Positions 37,926 through 50,289 of a stretch of DNA of 64,000 nt are shown piece after piece. Made by a program: the position numbers and the translations under genes. Under the pieces are notes generated by a model, which saw only the letters and a program-made list of their open reading frames with translations, did no database searches and was not told where the DNA came from. Position 1 is the stretch's first letter; the number at the start of each line of letters is the position of its first letter. This stretch comes from Neoechinorhynchus agilis (Eukaryota; Animalia; Acanthocephala), in the NCBI GenBank assembly GCA_051530055.1, contig CM121341.1, forward strand, positions 5,620,784-5,684,783, given 5' to 3'.

Positions 37926-39987
37926 CTATTCGCTCACTCTTTCTTCCAATTTGAGCAGCTCCTCCGTAATCTGCTTTGGCAGATCATTATGAACGTTCTC
38001 GTCGAAGTATTTACGCAATTCAACTGCCTCTTCTTTCCAGAAATCCTTTGGGACCGAAAGTAGTTCATCGAGGTTGAGCGAATCCAATCCCGACACGTCA
38101 AGTGATCCTTTCTTGGGGACATAGCCAATCGGAGTCTTATCGGCGACCTCTTCGCCATTACATCTCCTACAGATCCATTCCAAAACCCGACTATTTTCAC
38201 CGTATCCAGGCCACAGAAATTTGTTATTGGCATCACGCCTAAACCAATTGACGTGAAAAATTCTCGGAAGTTTTAGGTTTGATTTGTCCTTGAACGATAG
38301 CCAATGCCTAATGTAATTCCCGAAATTGTAACCAAAGAAAGGCCGCATTGCAAATGGATCGTGCATTACACTTTTCGATTTGTGTTCTGCGGCAGCGGTA
38401 GCTTCGGATTTTACTGATGCGCCTATAAAGACTCCGTGTTGCCAATCAAATGCTTCATAGACAAGTGGAACGCCGGCTGGACGTCGTCCTCCGAATATAA
38501 TGGCATCGATTGGAACGCCAGCGGGGTTTTCCCATTCCTTGTCGATGACTGGGCACTGTCCGGCGGGAGCACAGAATCGTGAGTTGGGGTGAGCGGCTGG
38601 TTCCGGATCACCTTCGTGCCATTCTTTGTGCTTCCATGATGTTATTTTCCTTCCTTTCCATAATTCATCGTCCATTCCTTCCCAATAAACTCCACCGTCG
38701 TCCGTTTTGGCTACATTCGTGAATATCGTATTCTCAAAAATCGTTTTCATAGCATTCGGATTGCTGTGATAGGAGGTTCCTGGGCAAACTCCAAAGAAGC
38801 CACATTCTGGATTTATTGCAACCAAACGTCCTTCGTCATTGAACCTCATCCATGCAATATCGTCTCCAACTGTTTCTACCTTGTAGCCAGGAATCGTCGG
38901 ATTTAGCATAGCCAAGTTGGTCTTCCCACAAGCAGACGGAAAAGCCGCCACTACGTATTTCTTAACTCCTTTCGGATTGGTTATTCCCAATATGAGCATG
39001 TGTTCGGCTAGCCATCCCTGATCTCTCGCTAAGATTGATCCAATTCTAAGAGCGAAACACTTCTTGCCACACAAAGCGTTTCCGCCATAGCCACTGCCAA
39101 AGCTGATAATTTCGGCTGTTTCTGGGAAGTGACTAACAATGGTTCTCGACGGATTGCACGGCCAATTGTTCACAATTGGCTCTTTGGCTGGCAAAGGGAC
39201 ACCAACCGAATGCAAACATCTCACGAATTCTCCTCCGGTCTTTTCAATATATTTGAAAACTTCTTCGGTCATTCTTGTCATGATTCGCATGCAAACTACG
39301 ACGTAGGCCGAATCAGTAAGTTCGATTCCATATTTGCTCAGTTGGGAGCCGAGTGGACCCATGCAATATGGAATGACATACATGGTCCGTCCTTTCATGC
39401 AACCAGGGAATCTTTCCAAAAGTTCCTGTCGTCCTTCTGCTTTGGACATCCAATTACCGATTTGAGTACATTTTAGATTAGGCATTGATGGTTCCTTGGA
39501 AGGCCCGAATCCAGCTTTTGGAGTCGGAACTGTGTCCTCTTGCTTGCTAGTGCAAATCACAGTCTTTCCTTCGACACGAGCGACGTCCTTTGGATCCGAC
39601 AATGCGAGCCAACTGAATTAAATGCGACTAGAAACGGTGAGTTTGATGAAACCACAGCGCACGCACCAATTCTTGTACTTTGGAAGCGGGGCAAAAACTC
39701 CCTGATCTTGAAGAAGCTTTATCATCCTCTTATTTTCATCTTCGGATCCATCACAAATATAAACATCGTCCGGTTCGCAAAGAGCAGCTTTGGTTTCGAT
39801 AAAATGCGTTACTTCATCTGTGAGCTTCGTCTTGATCCTCGCTGTTGCCTTTTTGGTCAGTTCGGCGTAATGTTCCAAAGATCCTCCAACACCGGGATTC
39901 TCGAGGACGCTAAAGATATGCGAAATGAGTTCAGTTTTTATTGAACACAATAACATCCAATATTAATACTCACGATTCCGCAACCAT
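37926..39987 (-). CDS. PCK: Phosphoenolpyruvate carboxykinase (GTP), copy 2
   Basis: Same motifs. ATG at 39987, GT-AG introns 39910-39973 and 39613-39666; distinct C-terminus. Confidence 0.97.
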
Positions 39988-40056
39988 CTATAATACGGAA
40001 GGAGGAAATGGTATTAATAAGGTGCTTACAAAAGGAACTAAAACATATATAAAATT

Positions 40057-42102
40057 TCAACATTGTTTTTCAAGGTTTTGTGACAATCGATTTAGTTCGA
40101 TCCTTATTTCACTTGGCAAATCGTCGGCTAATACACTATCGAAATACTGATGTAACTCTTTCACCTCTTCTTTCCAGAAATCATTTGGAACAGACAAAAG
40201 TTCTCTCAAATCTACATTCTCCAAGCCATTTGTGTCAATCGAGGAAGGAGCTGGTACGTAACCAATTGGAGTTTTTACAACCTCAATTGAATTTGAATCG
40301 CATCTCCGGAAAATGTAATCTAATACTCGGCTATTTTCGCCGAATCCGGGCCATAGAAAATCATTTGTTTTCGCATCACGCCTAAACCAATTGACGTGAA
40401 AAATTCTCGGAAGTTTTAGGTTTGATTTGTCCTTGAACGATAGCCAATGCCTAATGTAATTCCCGAAATTGTAACCAAAGAAAGGCCGCATTGCAAATGG
40501 ATCGTGCATTACACTTTTCGATTTGTGTTCTGCGGCAGCGGTAGCTTCGGATTTTACTGATGCGCCTATAAAGACTCCGTGTTGCCAATCAAATGCTTCG
40601 TAGACAAGTGGAACGCCGGCTGGACGTCGTCCTCCGAATATAATGGCATCGATTGGAACGCCAGCGGGGTTTTCCCATTCCTTGTCGATGACTGGGCACT
40701 GTCCGGCGGGAGCACAGAATCGTGAGTTTGGGTGAGCGGCTGGTTCCGGATCACCTTCGTGCCATTCTTTGTGCTTCCATGATGTTATTTTCCTTCCTTT
40801 CCATAATTCATCGTCCATTCCTTCCCAATAAACTCCACCGTCGTCCGTTTTGGCTACATTCGTGAATATCGTATTCTCAAAAATCGTTTTCATAGCATTC
40901 GGATTGCTGTGATAGGAGGTTCCTGGGCAAACTCCAAAGAAGCCACATTCTGGATTTATTGCAACCAAACGTCCTTCGTCATTGAACCTCATCCATGCAA
41001 TATCGTCTCCAACTGTTTCTACCTTGTAGCCAGGAATCGTCGGATTTAGCATAGCCAAGTTGGTCTTCCCACAAGCAGACGGAAAAGCCGCCACTACGTA
41101 TTTCTTAACTCCTTTCGGATTGGTTATTCCCAATATGAGCATGTGTTCGGCTAGCCAGCCTTGGCTATAAGCCAGCGTGCTTCCGATTCTAAGTGAAAAA
41201 CACTTCTTGCCACACAAAGCGTTTCCGCCATAGCCACTACCAAAGCTGATAATTTCATTTGTGTCTGGAAAATGAGTAATGACGGTCTTGGGCGGATTAC
41301 AGGGCCAAGCGTTTACAATTGGGCTCGAGGCTGGTAGTGGGACCCCCACCGAATGAAGGCAACGTATGTATTCGTTTGAATGTTCAATTTGCTCAAAGAC
41401 AGATTTGGTCATTCTCGTCATGATTCTCATACAAGCCACGACATAAGGTGAATCAGTCAGCTGAATTCCGTATTTACTTAGCGGAGAGCCAACTGGACCC
41501 ATTGAGTATGGGATTACGTACATTGTTCTCCCTTTCATGCAATTAGTAAATCGTTCAAGTAAAGCCTTTCGTCCATCATCGATACTGAGCCAACTACCTA
41601 CTTGGGACGACTTTAAGCCTGGTAAAGAGGGTTCTACGCTTGGTCCGAATCCTCCTCGAGGTGTAGGAATAGTGTCCTGCGAATTATTCGTACAAATTAT
41701 TGTTCTACTCTCGACCCTTGCGACATCTCTGGGATCAGACAAAGCGAGGTAACTATTATGGGTTTAAAATTATCCGCCGAAAATACTTTACCACCTACCA
41801 ATTCTTGTATTTTGGAAGTGCTTGAATAACTTTACGGTCAAGCGATTTCAAGTTAGCAAGACTCCCTTGACGGAAATCGATTGAGCCTTTTACCTTCTTG
41901 AAGAATTTTTAACAATCTTTTATACTCATCGTAGGATCCATCACAAATGTAAATATCTTTAGGTCGACACAATGTTGCCTTTTCATGAATGAAGTTTCGA
42001 ACAATATCAGGAATCGGTTCTCCGATTCGTGCAGCTGCAACATTGACCAATGATTCAAAGTCGCCTGATTTGGTAGATCCAAGAACACTTAGATGGCGTT
42101 GA
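40057..42102 (-). CDS. PCK: Phosphoenolpyruvate carboxykinase (GTP), copy 3 (diverged N- and C-termini)
   Basis: Same catalytic motifs; introns 41753-41798 (GT-AG) and 41834-41891 (atypical). No in-frame ATG found in the first coding segment (possible one-base error near GCCATCTAAGT). Confidence 0.93.
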
Positions 42103-42203
42103 CTAATGAAAAGAAGAGACCAAGATACTTACGACGGAGGTACTTGTGAGAGCGAACGAAGATTGTAAGTTACTGAGCTAAAATGAATGGGAAGGAGTTG
42201 CCC

Positions 42204-42209
42204 TATATA
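42204..42209 (-). promoter_or_regulatory. TATA-like box upstream of PEPCK copy 3, followed by a 30-nt GT-AG 5' intron (42103-42132)
   Basis: Minus strand reads GGGTTATATAGGG about 70 nt before a GTAAGT...CATTAG intron. Confidence 0.45.
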
Positions 42210-43061
42210 ACCCTACAGCAAGACACTCCTAGTTTGAATCATAAACTGGGGTTAAAAGGAGCAGAGCAATTTTCCGTGGAAACGTCGGAGTAAGTGATGA
42301 GTCTTTTTCAAAGACTGTGAGTCATTAGGTATCCCTCGATGTTAGTGAACTAGTTTTCAAGTTATTTTTGGTTATTGGCAATTATAGGAAACTATACTTA
42401 CTTGTTTCCAAATATAAGACTTCTTTGTTTCCAAAATATCTGAATTGTCTTGTTGAATTTGCAATGCACTGAAAATAGATTTTTATTTCAAACTTTATCA
42501 ATTTTCTGAGCAGAGTTTTTTAAAGAAAAAAATCTCGCTTTAAAGAAAGGTACATTTGCACAACGAGACCTAAATATGTGTAGTTTAGTGAATCCCTCAG
42601 TGAATCAGTTGCTTGAAGATTTTAGGCAAGGATGTATAGTCATTTTAAAGCTGAACTCGGAGAATGCATGTTGAATGGGCAAATATCATCCATCTACCCG
42701 AAGGATTATCGATCATTTTTAAACTGTTTGTCTTTATTAGAACACCCAAAAAAAATACTTATGGGATTTATTTTATCTACTAAATCGCAGAGACTCAATT
42801 TTTCCACCAGAATACTGTTATGTTTGTTCGACTTTTGTATGAGATAAACTTTGTTTAAAGATCCGTCGCTCATTACTTTTTTTAAATTAGCCATCTACGT
42901 TTCTATTATTTATTATTACATTGGAACCTGATTTTATTTTGCGTTATTCTCAAATCATATTGATGCACATTCATATTTTTTAATGAAAAAAGTTTAAGTC
43001 AGAATGTGTAATTATACAATTAACTGATCGAAATTTGTCACTTAAAGACAACTAAAAAGTT

Positions 43062-44200
43062 ACATTTCTTTTCTGTTTCTACTTTTGAAATGACGAAGTT
43101 CACTTGTTTTCTTTAAAAAGCGGTAAAATCGATCAGGAGCGATCTTTTTTTCCGAATCTTAACTTATTAAAATCGACAAAGATTTATTAGAATCGCAGGT
43201 CTGACAAATGGTTATGGACGCATTCATTTAGTGACAGTCACATTAACACTCAGGAGAAACTACTTTATCCGATATTCGATTTTTTGAAAGTGAACAGATA
43301 AATCATGTCGATGGTTCATTTATTCTAAAACGCTTCATGCTTTCTCTAGCTTTTCCTGTGTCAAGTCCGATAAAAATAAGCGATTTTTCTGCCTATGAAG
43401 AATTTTATTGATCAGTTTGACGCCATTGAATTGTGGCATCAATCTCCGTCAGTTTATACAGCACATTGCAAACTCAATAGGTTTTCTTATTTTAACATCT
43501 CTAAAAACTACATTTAATGTTTAGATTTAAGCCGAAGAATAGTCACAGTTTGGTTCCAAAATGCTCGTGCTGCTGCGAAGAGAACTGGAAGCTATCGACT
43601 GAAATCGGTAGATTGTCGACTAATTTCTCATTCACATCTATTTGATTGTCTTTTAGCAATTTAAGCGATTGAAAAGAGTGGTTTAGGTAGGACCAGGATC
43701 CTACAAAAACACAATCTAGAAAAGCACTTTTATGTGGCCCTTAAAAGCTCATCCAGTCGCCTTATACACCGAATAATGCTTTTTTTTCGAGCACAGTGGT
43801 TATTTTAACAATACCCGAAAGCGGAGCATAATAACCCGCCTCACATTCTCCTCAGTGCGGACATTTCTTTAGATTTGAATTGATCATCACTGTATCAATT
43901 CACTCCTTGTACAATGCTTTCGCAAAAAAATCGCAATGAATCTCTCGCTTAAGTTTGACCTGGGTTCAGTGCTTTACTGACGTCTTAGAAACTTTATGAC
44001 TGAGATCGGTTCTTGTGCTGAATACAAGTCGTGGTCTCAAATTTCAATCAAATCTGAAATCGGGCTCACACATTACACTCTCTCCTTCGAGCACAACGCC
44101 TTTAAAATTTATCTCCTCAATTTAGGAGTCCCTTTTCTACCGATATCTACAAATTTTACTTCAACTTTATCGGCCAAATCAAAAATATGTTGCCTTGAAA
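43062..44200 (+). repeat. 1139-bp near-identical direct repeat (partner 49303-50441)
   Basis: Line-by-line identity at offset 6241; one substitution noticed (TCAAGTCCG vs TCAAATCCG). Confidence 0.95.
43440..43600 (+). pseudogene. Homeobox fragment (helices 2-3), copy 1
   Basis: FIQHIANSI|DLSRRIVTVWFQNARAAAKR after removing the GT-AG intron 43481-43524; helix 1 is out of frame. Confidence 0.55.
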
Positions 44201-44839
44201 TGTCCGATATTCACATTATCACACTCCTTTATATTTAAGCGAACTCAGACCTTCGCCCTTATAATTGAATGGATGGTAATCACATCTCCTAATACCGCAA
44301 TCTATTATCCATTTCAATTCCCAAACGATACTTTCTTTTATCGACACAAATCCAGTGGATGATACCATAAAAGCTCGTCGAAGATAAGCAGTAATTGTTG
44401 ATATTTTATATTTCATTGGTTGATGACCAGTGTGGTGTCCGGATTCCAAACTATATAACATTACTTTTGCTTCAGAACGTCTAGGAACGAAATCTTTCCG
44501 TTGTTATTCTCGCTATTGACTGTCTACTGTGTGCGTGGATCTTTAATATTCAGCACTGCATTCAGTGAGTTATGTCTGTACCAAAGAAACTCTTAAATCC
44601 AGGTGAATGCACCGGAGATAATGATGAGATTTACGGCCCGTTTTCAATGATGGGTGATCCATTGTTCTTTTTTATTTAGATTCACACGTATTTCTCCTAA
44701 CGAAAACTATGCAATGAATAATTAGCCCTTTTTATTTACGAATTTTAACGTTTTCAGTTTTTTCAACAAATCTGTTGAGCGTGAATTTCCAACCGTTTAA
44801 ATGCGTTAGAAAATTAAATACACTTTGTTGTTTCAGAAT

Positions 44840-47312
44840 ATGGCAATTGAACACTTGGATATGGAACTAAAGATCAAAACATGGGTTGAAGAGTACAAGC
44901 GATTGAGTGGCGATGAATCTATCTGCGATTCATTCACATTTTCGAAATTTGATAATTTGCAAATATTAGACGGCGTTGAAGGAACCTACGAGATATCTGC
45001 ACCATTAAAGGACGACCATAAAGTATCCGCTGGATCAATTATATTTCCTCTAAATTGGTAATGCTCAATGAATAACCTCTTTAGTGGTTTAGAAAAATTC
45101 TAAACTCAAGTAAAAAAGAACAGACTATTTCTCGTAAGCTTCTAAGACGTCAATGTTTTCATAGATTTCTAGAAAATTGCACTTTAATTTTTCTCAGAGC
45201 AAGCACCGTCGGTGATAGTAGCCAGCTCAATTTTCTTTTTGAAAATTGGGCATTATCTCATTACACAACGATCTTCAACTGCAAGGTAGCGTCGTCGTCT
45301 CCGGTTGCACAAGATTGATAGCAGAAAACACTGTAATCCACAACTCTCAGTCATCAGTACTAATCTTAAAAAAATGCAAAGACCCCAAAAAAATCCTAGC
45401 CGAAATTCCAAATGAATATCTTGATATTGCATTGAGAACTCTGGGTGGCAAATACGAAAAACCGGATGTTTTTAATACCCACGAGGAAATATACCGAAAA
45501 TTTATGCAAAATCTGACACAGGTACAAATGGATTACTCGTTCAAATGTCCGATAAAGGTTGTACGACATCTTAAAGGCTGGTTTGAACAGAATGCTCTGA
45601 TTTCGGTTGATGGCAATTTGTTTTGGCTTAAGTATTGCGCCTCTAATCGATATGTTGTACCGAGTTGGGTTCAAAAGCGATTATTTTACCAGAAGGCAGT
45701 TTGCGATTGTGCTGGCGATGAACTACATGTTCCGAAAATTATTTTAAGTTCTAATGGCGATCTCATGAAGATCTATGAAATGGACGATAAGATTAAACTG
45801 ATTGTATATATCCTCGAGTATATACCTGAATCTGAGACGCTAAATCAAGCTGTTGAGAGTGGTAAAACGGAAATTTCTATTCTTGGACGCATTACAGCTT
45901 CGCTTCACTCCCGAACCGCAGGAAATGAGCTTTTCACAAAACAAGACGATACGTGTGAAGTTGGAGTCTTGATTTATTTCTTGAACGTGAAGGGAAAGTC
46001 CATTTTATTTATAAAGCTAAATAAGGGCGCATTAATGGAATCCGTTTTGGTTCCCGGTTTATATTCTCGCAACAACTAACTGATTGAGGGTATCTTAAAA
46101 CATAAAAATGTAGTTCTTGAAAAAATTATATTTTACTAGCATCGTACAAATAGATTTGCCTGCTAAGATTGCGCTAACTCTTAAAAGTGCTCAATCAATC
46201 TGTAAATTTGACTTTTTGTGGGTATGCTACAAACAAAAAACGGCGGCGAGTTTCATAACACAATGAAAACGAATTTAAACTGTTGGGAGTCTTATGTCTG
46301 ACAAACCTGGTACTTTTTTAAGTGCCGCAAAACTAGCTTCCATGGATGATACCTGTTTCAGTGTCAAAGGGTTCAAAATCCATAATCGCCAATGACACAA
46401 CCAGTGGGAACGAAATGATGCTGAAGGGAAGATACCGATAAGTCCTGCCTCTTCGGGATATATCTGAGGATCTAGAAGGATGTACAAACTAATAACCGTA
46501 TGGTTCGTGAGTATTAGGTGATTTTATCCACTCCCCTGACCCAGATTGGGAGTCTAGCAGAATGCAAATACGCTTTGTGAATTCAGCCTAAGAGCCTTAA
46601 AAAGTAGAACTTTTAAATTTTGGCAACAATGAACAGTTGTTGAATTATACGGGAAAAATGCAGCTGAATCAAAGAACAAATCTTCATTATGCGATTACGT
46701 TCTATCTCTAATTTAAGAGCCCATAATTTTCTCCCCATCAGTATCAAGACTCTGCTTAAGCGCTGGCTCATAGAAACCATTGATTCTGACATCGACGAAA
46801 CCATTTCATGTGTAATAAGTTTGGTCCAAGACGAGGATCGCCGAGATCTTCTTATCTCATGTCTTTCTCAAATGAGAATAGCTTGTAAAATGTACTACCC
46901 ATGGATGCGGCGTCAATGGTGTCACGCGGATGTTCACGATCAAAATGTCCTAATTTCTAAAGACGGCCGCTTGTCGCTGATTGATTTTGGAGATGCTGTG
47001 TTCACTTATGTTGTAGTGGATGCTGCGTTCCTATTGTTCCGATCAACTTGTTTTACTCATCTAAACGTGAATGCTTTCTTTGAAACCGTCAAGCAATATA
47101 ATGAAGGATTCAGGTTGAATCGAATCGAACGAAAGGCCCTGTATGCGTTCATAATCGGACTGGGAGCACTGTCCATATCTGACGCGTATGAATCACTAGT
47201 CCATGACCCGAATCGAGCTGTGGAACGAAATATTTATATTGACCGATGCTTCGAAGCACTCCGATTTTTCGTAAGCGATCCGCATTGTTTGGAATATTTT
47301 TCACAATTCTAG
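44840..47312 (+). CDS. Aminoglycoside-phosphotransferase-fold kinase (hydroxylysine kinase/homoserine kinase type II-like), multi-exon
   Basis: LEYIP, LGRITASLH, QWCHADVHDQNVL and LIDFGDA motifs; exon junctions only partly resolved. Confidence 0.7.
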
Positions 47313-47569
47313 AATTTCCTCTAACAAAATACAAACGCCTTAGTCCAAATAAATTGCTTTTTGTTAATGGGTGAAAACGAAGTGCTAGTGTCTTTGGCGT
47401 CAAGGCAAAGCTGAAGCTCCGGTGCGGTTCACAAATACACAACTATTCCTCAACAATTTAAAACTGAACAAATCTCGGCTATTTTCGTTTTGAAACGAAA
47501 ATTCCCCGAGATCGAGTTTAAACTCTTATTTTTGGAATTCTATTCACGCCTTTATTAGTGCTCTTAATT

Positions 47570-49300
47570 TCGAAATTCCAAACTGAACTCTTCGCTGCGT
47601 CATCCCCGAACTCACAGACCTTCTTACCCTCACTATAAATCGCACCTTTTTATATGACATCTATCCCTCATGCCCGACAACTGCTAAAGTAATCCGTCTT
47701 CCAAAAAAGGACACCCGATTTCCACCGAATCATTTCGTCCAATATCAATTCTACCCGCTCTTCAAAAAGTCATCGAAAAATGTTTTAAATCTCGCCTTCT
47801 TCCACTTCTCACCGACAAACTATCACCCCTTCAATTCGATTTCCGGCTCCCTAAGAAACCTCGACAATAATCCCTCCCACGTCAACCGTCTCATTCAACT
47901 TGATTTATTGAAAGCATTCGACTCCGTGGACCATTCAATCCTTCTCTGGGCCTGCTTCGATTTTGGTCTCAACTTGTGGCAGATCCGCTGGCTCCAATCT
48001 TATCTTCACAATCGAAAACAATACATTCACTGCCGTTCTACCTCTTCTATCAGCCTATCTACCTCAAGGTGCTGTTCTGTCACCACTTCTCTTTAATATT
48101 TTTCTAAACAACCTCAAACCTCTCTTCTCTCACTGTAAACTCTTCTTATACGTCGACGATCTCATCGCCCAATCACCACCCCACCTCTCCCTTTCCTTAA
48201 CCTCTAACGAAATCACACACATAAAAGATTTCTGCACCAATCACAAACTCCATCTCAATTTCTCTAAATGCTTCGAAATGATCCCTTCTCTCTCCTGCAA
48301 CCCCACATCCTCACCCGAACTTCCAAGTGACATCCGAAGAGTAACCTCCCTCAGAATTCTGGATCTCCAATTTCAACCAAATCTTAAATGGGTCTCACAT
48401 TTTATACTTTCTCTCAAACGCAATACCATTAAAATCTATCTCCTCGAACGCCTCCGATATTTTCTCTCTTCCGCAACCCCACTTCATCCCCAGAGCTTCT
48501 AAATTACATCCTACGAGTAACCTTCCTAAGAATTCTGGGTATCTACTTTCAATCAAATTTGAAATGTTACTCGCTTATCACTCTCTCCCTCAAGCACAAC
48601 ACTTTTAAAATTTATCTCCTCAAACGCCTCCGACATTTTCGAGTCCCTTCACCCGATCTCTACAAATTTTACTTCTGCTTTATTTTACCCGTCCCTCTCC
48701 TACGGTTATCCCGTCTTTTGCAACCTTTCCATATTACAATTCCTTCTCACTCATTTCTCTCTCTCTTGAGAGAGGTTGCGGTTCCCTCGATAACCGATTT
48801 ATCCTGTTTGATGCAATCCATCGTTTCCTCGGTCCTCCTCGTCGGCGATTTCCCGTTATTTCCAGTTTCTCCGTGCTGTGCAGTGCCAGCGCAATCTTCT
48901 TTGAAAGATCAACTCTGAACATCTTTCTTATGTCCACATTTATTTTCTTATCCTTGAGAGCGTACCCCGCTGCCCATCTCAGCATCCTTTTCTCGTTCGT
49001 TTCTAATCTTCTGAGGTCGTCAAACACCAGCCCTTTCAGTTTTGATGAGATCCTTTTGTCCGATTGTACACTAGACATCTTCCTCCAATCGAGCCACCCG
49101 CTTGGTTCGACATAAATTTATCATATTTACTTCGCACAACTCTGTCGCCTTGAAATGTTTCAAGGAGAAGAGCCTCTAGAATTTGCACAGTGGATCTTTC
49201 TTCGCTCTCACCGAATGCCTTAATAAAATTTTCAATGAACAATCAAAACGCTTCTCGACCCTACCACCACCACAATTTTTTCCACATGCCGCTCCCCTTT
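47570..49300 (+). mobile_element. Degenerate non-LTR retrotransposon reverse transcriptase (CR1/L2/Jockey-like)
   Basis: DLLKAFDSVDH, YLHNRKQ, PQGAVLSPLLFNIFLN and YVDD motifs spread across frameshifts. Confidence 0.85.
48735..49080 (-). mobile_element. RTE-clade LINE C-terminal fragment nested antisense in the host LINE
   Basis: ETNEKRMLRWAAG...DIRKMFRV...GNRRRGGPRKRWI resembles the RTE ORF C-terminus. Confidence 0.7.
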
Positions 49301-49680
49301 TCACATTTCTTTTCTGTTTCTACTTTTGAAATGACGAAGTTCACTTGTTTTCTTTAAAAAGCGGTAAAATCGATCAGGAGCGATCTTTTTTTCCGAATCT
49401 TAACTTATTAAAATCGACAAAGATTTATTAGAATCGCAGGTCTGACAAATGGTTATGGACGCATTCATTTAGTGACAGTCACATTAACACTCAGGAGAAA
49501 CTACTTTATCCGATATTCGATTTTTTGAAAGTGAACAGATAAATCATGTCGATGGTTCATTTATTCTAAAACGCTTCATGCTTTCTCTAGCTTTTCCTGT
49601 GTCAAATCCGATAAAAATAAGCGATTTTTCTGCCTATGAAGAATTTTATTGATCAGTTTGACGCCATTGAATTGTGGCAT

Positions 49681-49841
49681 CAATCTCCGTCAGTTTATAC
49701 AGCACATTGCAAACTCAATAGGTTTTCTTATTTTAACATCTCTAAAAACTACATTTAATGTTTAGATTTAAGCCGAAGAATAGTCACAGTTTGGTTCCAA
49801 AATGCTCGTGCTGCTGCGAAGAGAACTGGAAGCTATCGACT
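49681..49841 (+). pseudogene. Homeobox fragment, copy 2
   Basis: Same sequence within the 1.14-kb direct repeat. Confidence 0.55.
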
Positions 49842-50289
49842 GAAATCGGTAGATTGTCGACTAATTTCTCATTCACATCTATTTGATTGTCTTTTAGCAA
49901 TTTAAGCGATTGAAAAGAGTGGTTTAGGTAGGACCAGGATCCTACAAAAACACAATCTAGAAAAGCACTTTTATGTGGCCCTTAAAAGCTCATCCAGTCG
50001 CCTTATACACCGAATAATGCTTTTTTTTCGAGCACAGTGGTTATTTTAACAATACCCGAAAGCGGAGCATAATAACCCGCCTCACATTCTCCTCAGTGCG
50101 GACATTTCTTTAGATTTGAATTGATCATCACTGTATCAATTCACTCCTTGTACAATGCTTTCGCAAAAAAATCGCAATGAATCTCTCGCTTAAGTTTGAC
50201 CTGGGTTCAGTGCTTTACTGACGTCTTAGAAACTTTATGACTGAGATCGGTTCTTGTGCTGAATACAAGTCGTGGTCTCAAATTTCAAT

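Noticed and set aside
24937-41752. Repeated antisense and alternative-frame ORFs (138, 115 and 62 aa) over PEPCK
   Set aside because: Shadow ORFs, repeated only because the PEPCK DNA is duplicated.
16049-45245. Homopolymer frameshifts (C1GALT1-like, 37.2 kb gene, kinase) as programmed frameshifting
   Set aside because: Scattered one-base shifts in T/A runs are more simply explained as long-read indel errors.
45957-46688. Kinase gene junction TGT|GAAG...CTTCATT|ATG as a paired-end intron
   Set aside because: The pairing is loose, and an in-frame GT-AG alternative (AC|GTGTGA...CTAATTTAAG|A) exists; left unresolved.
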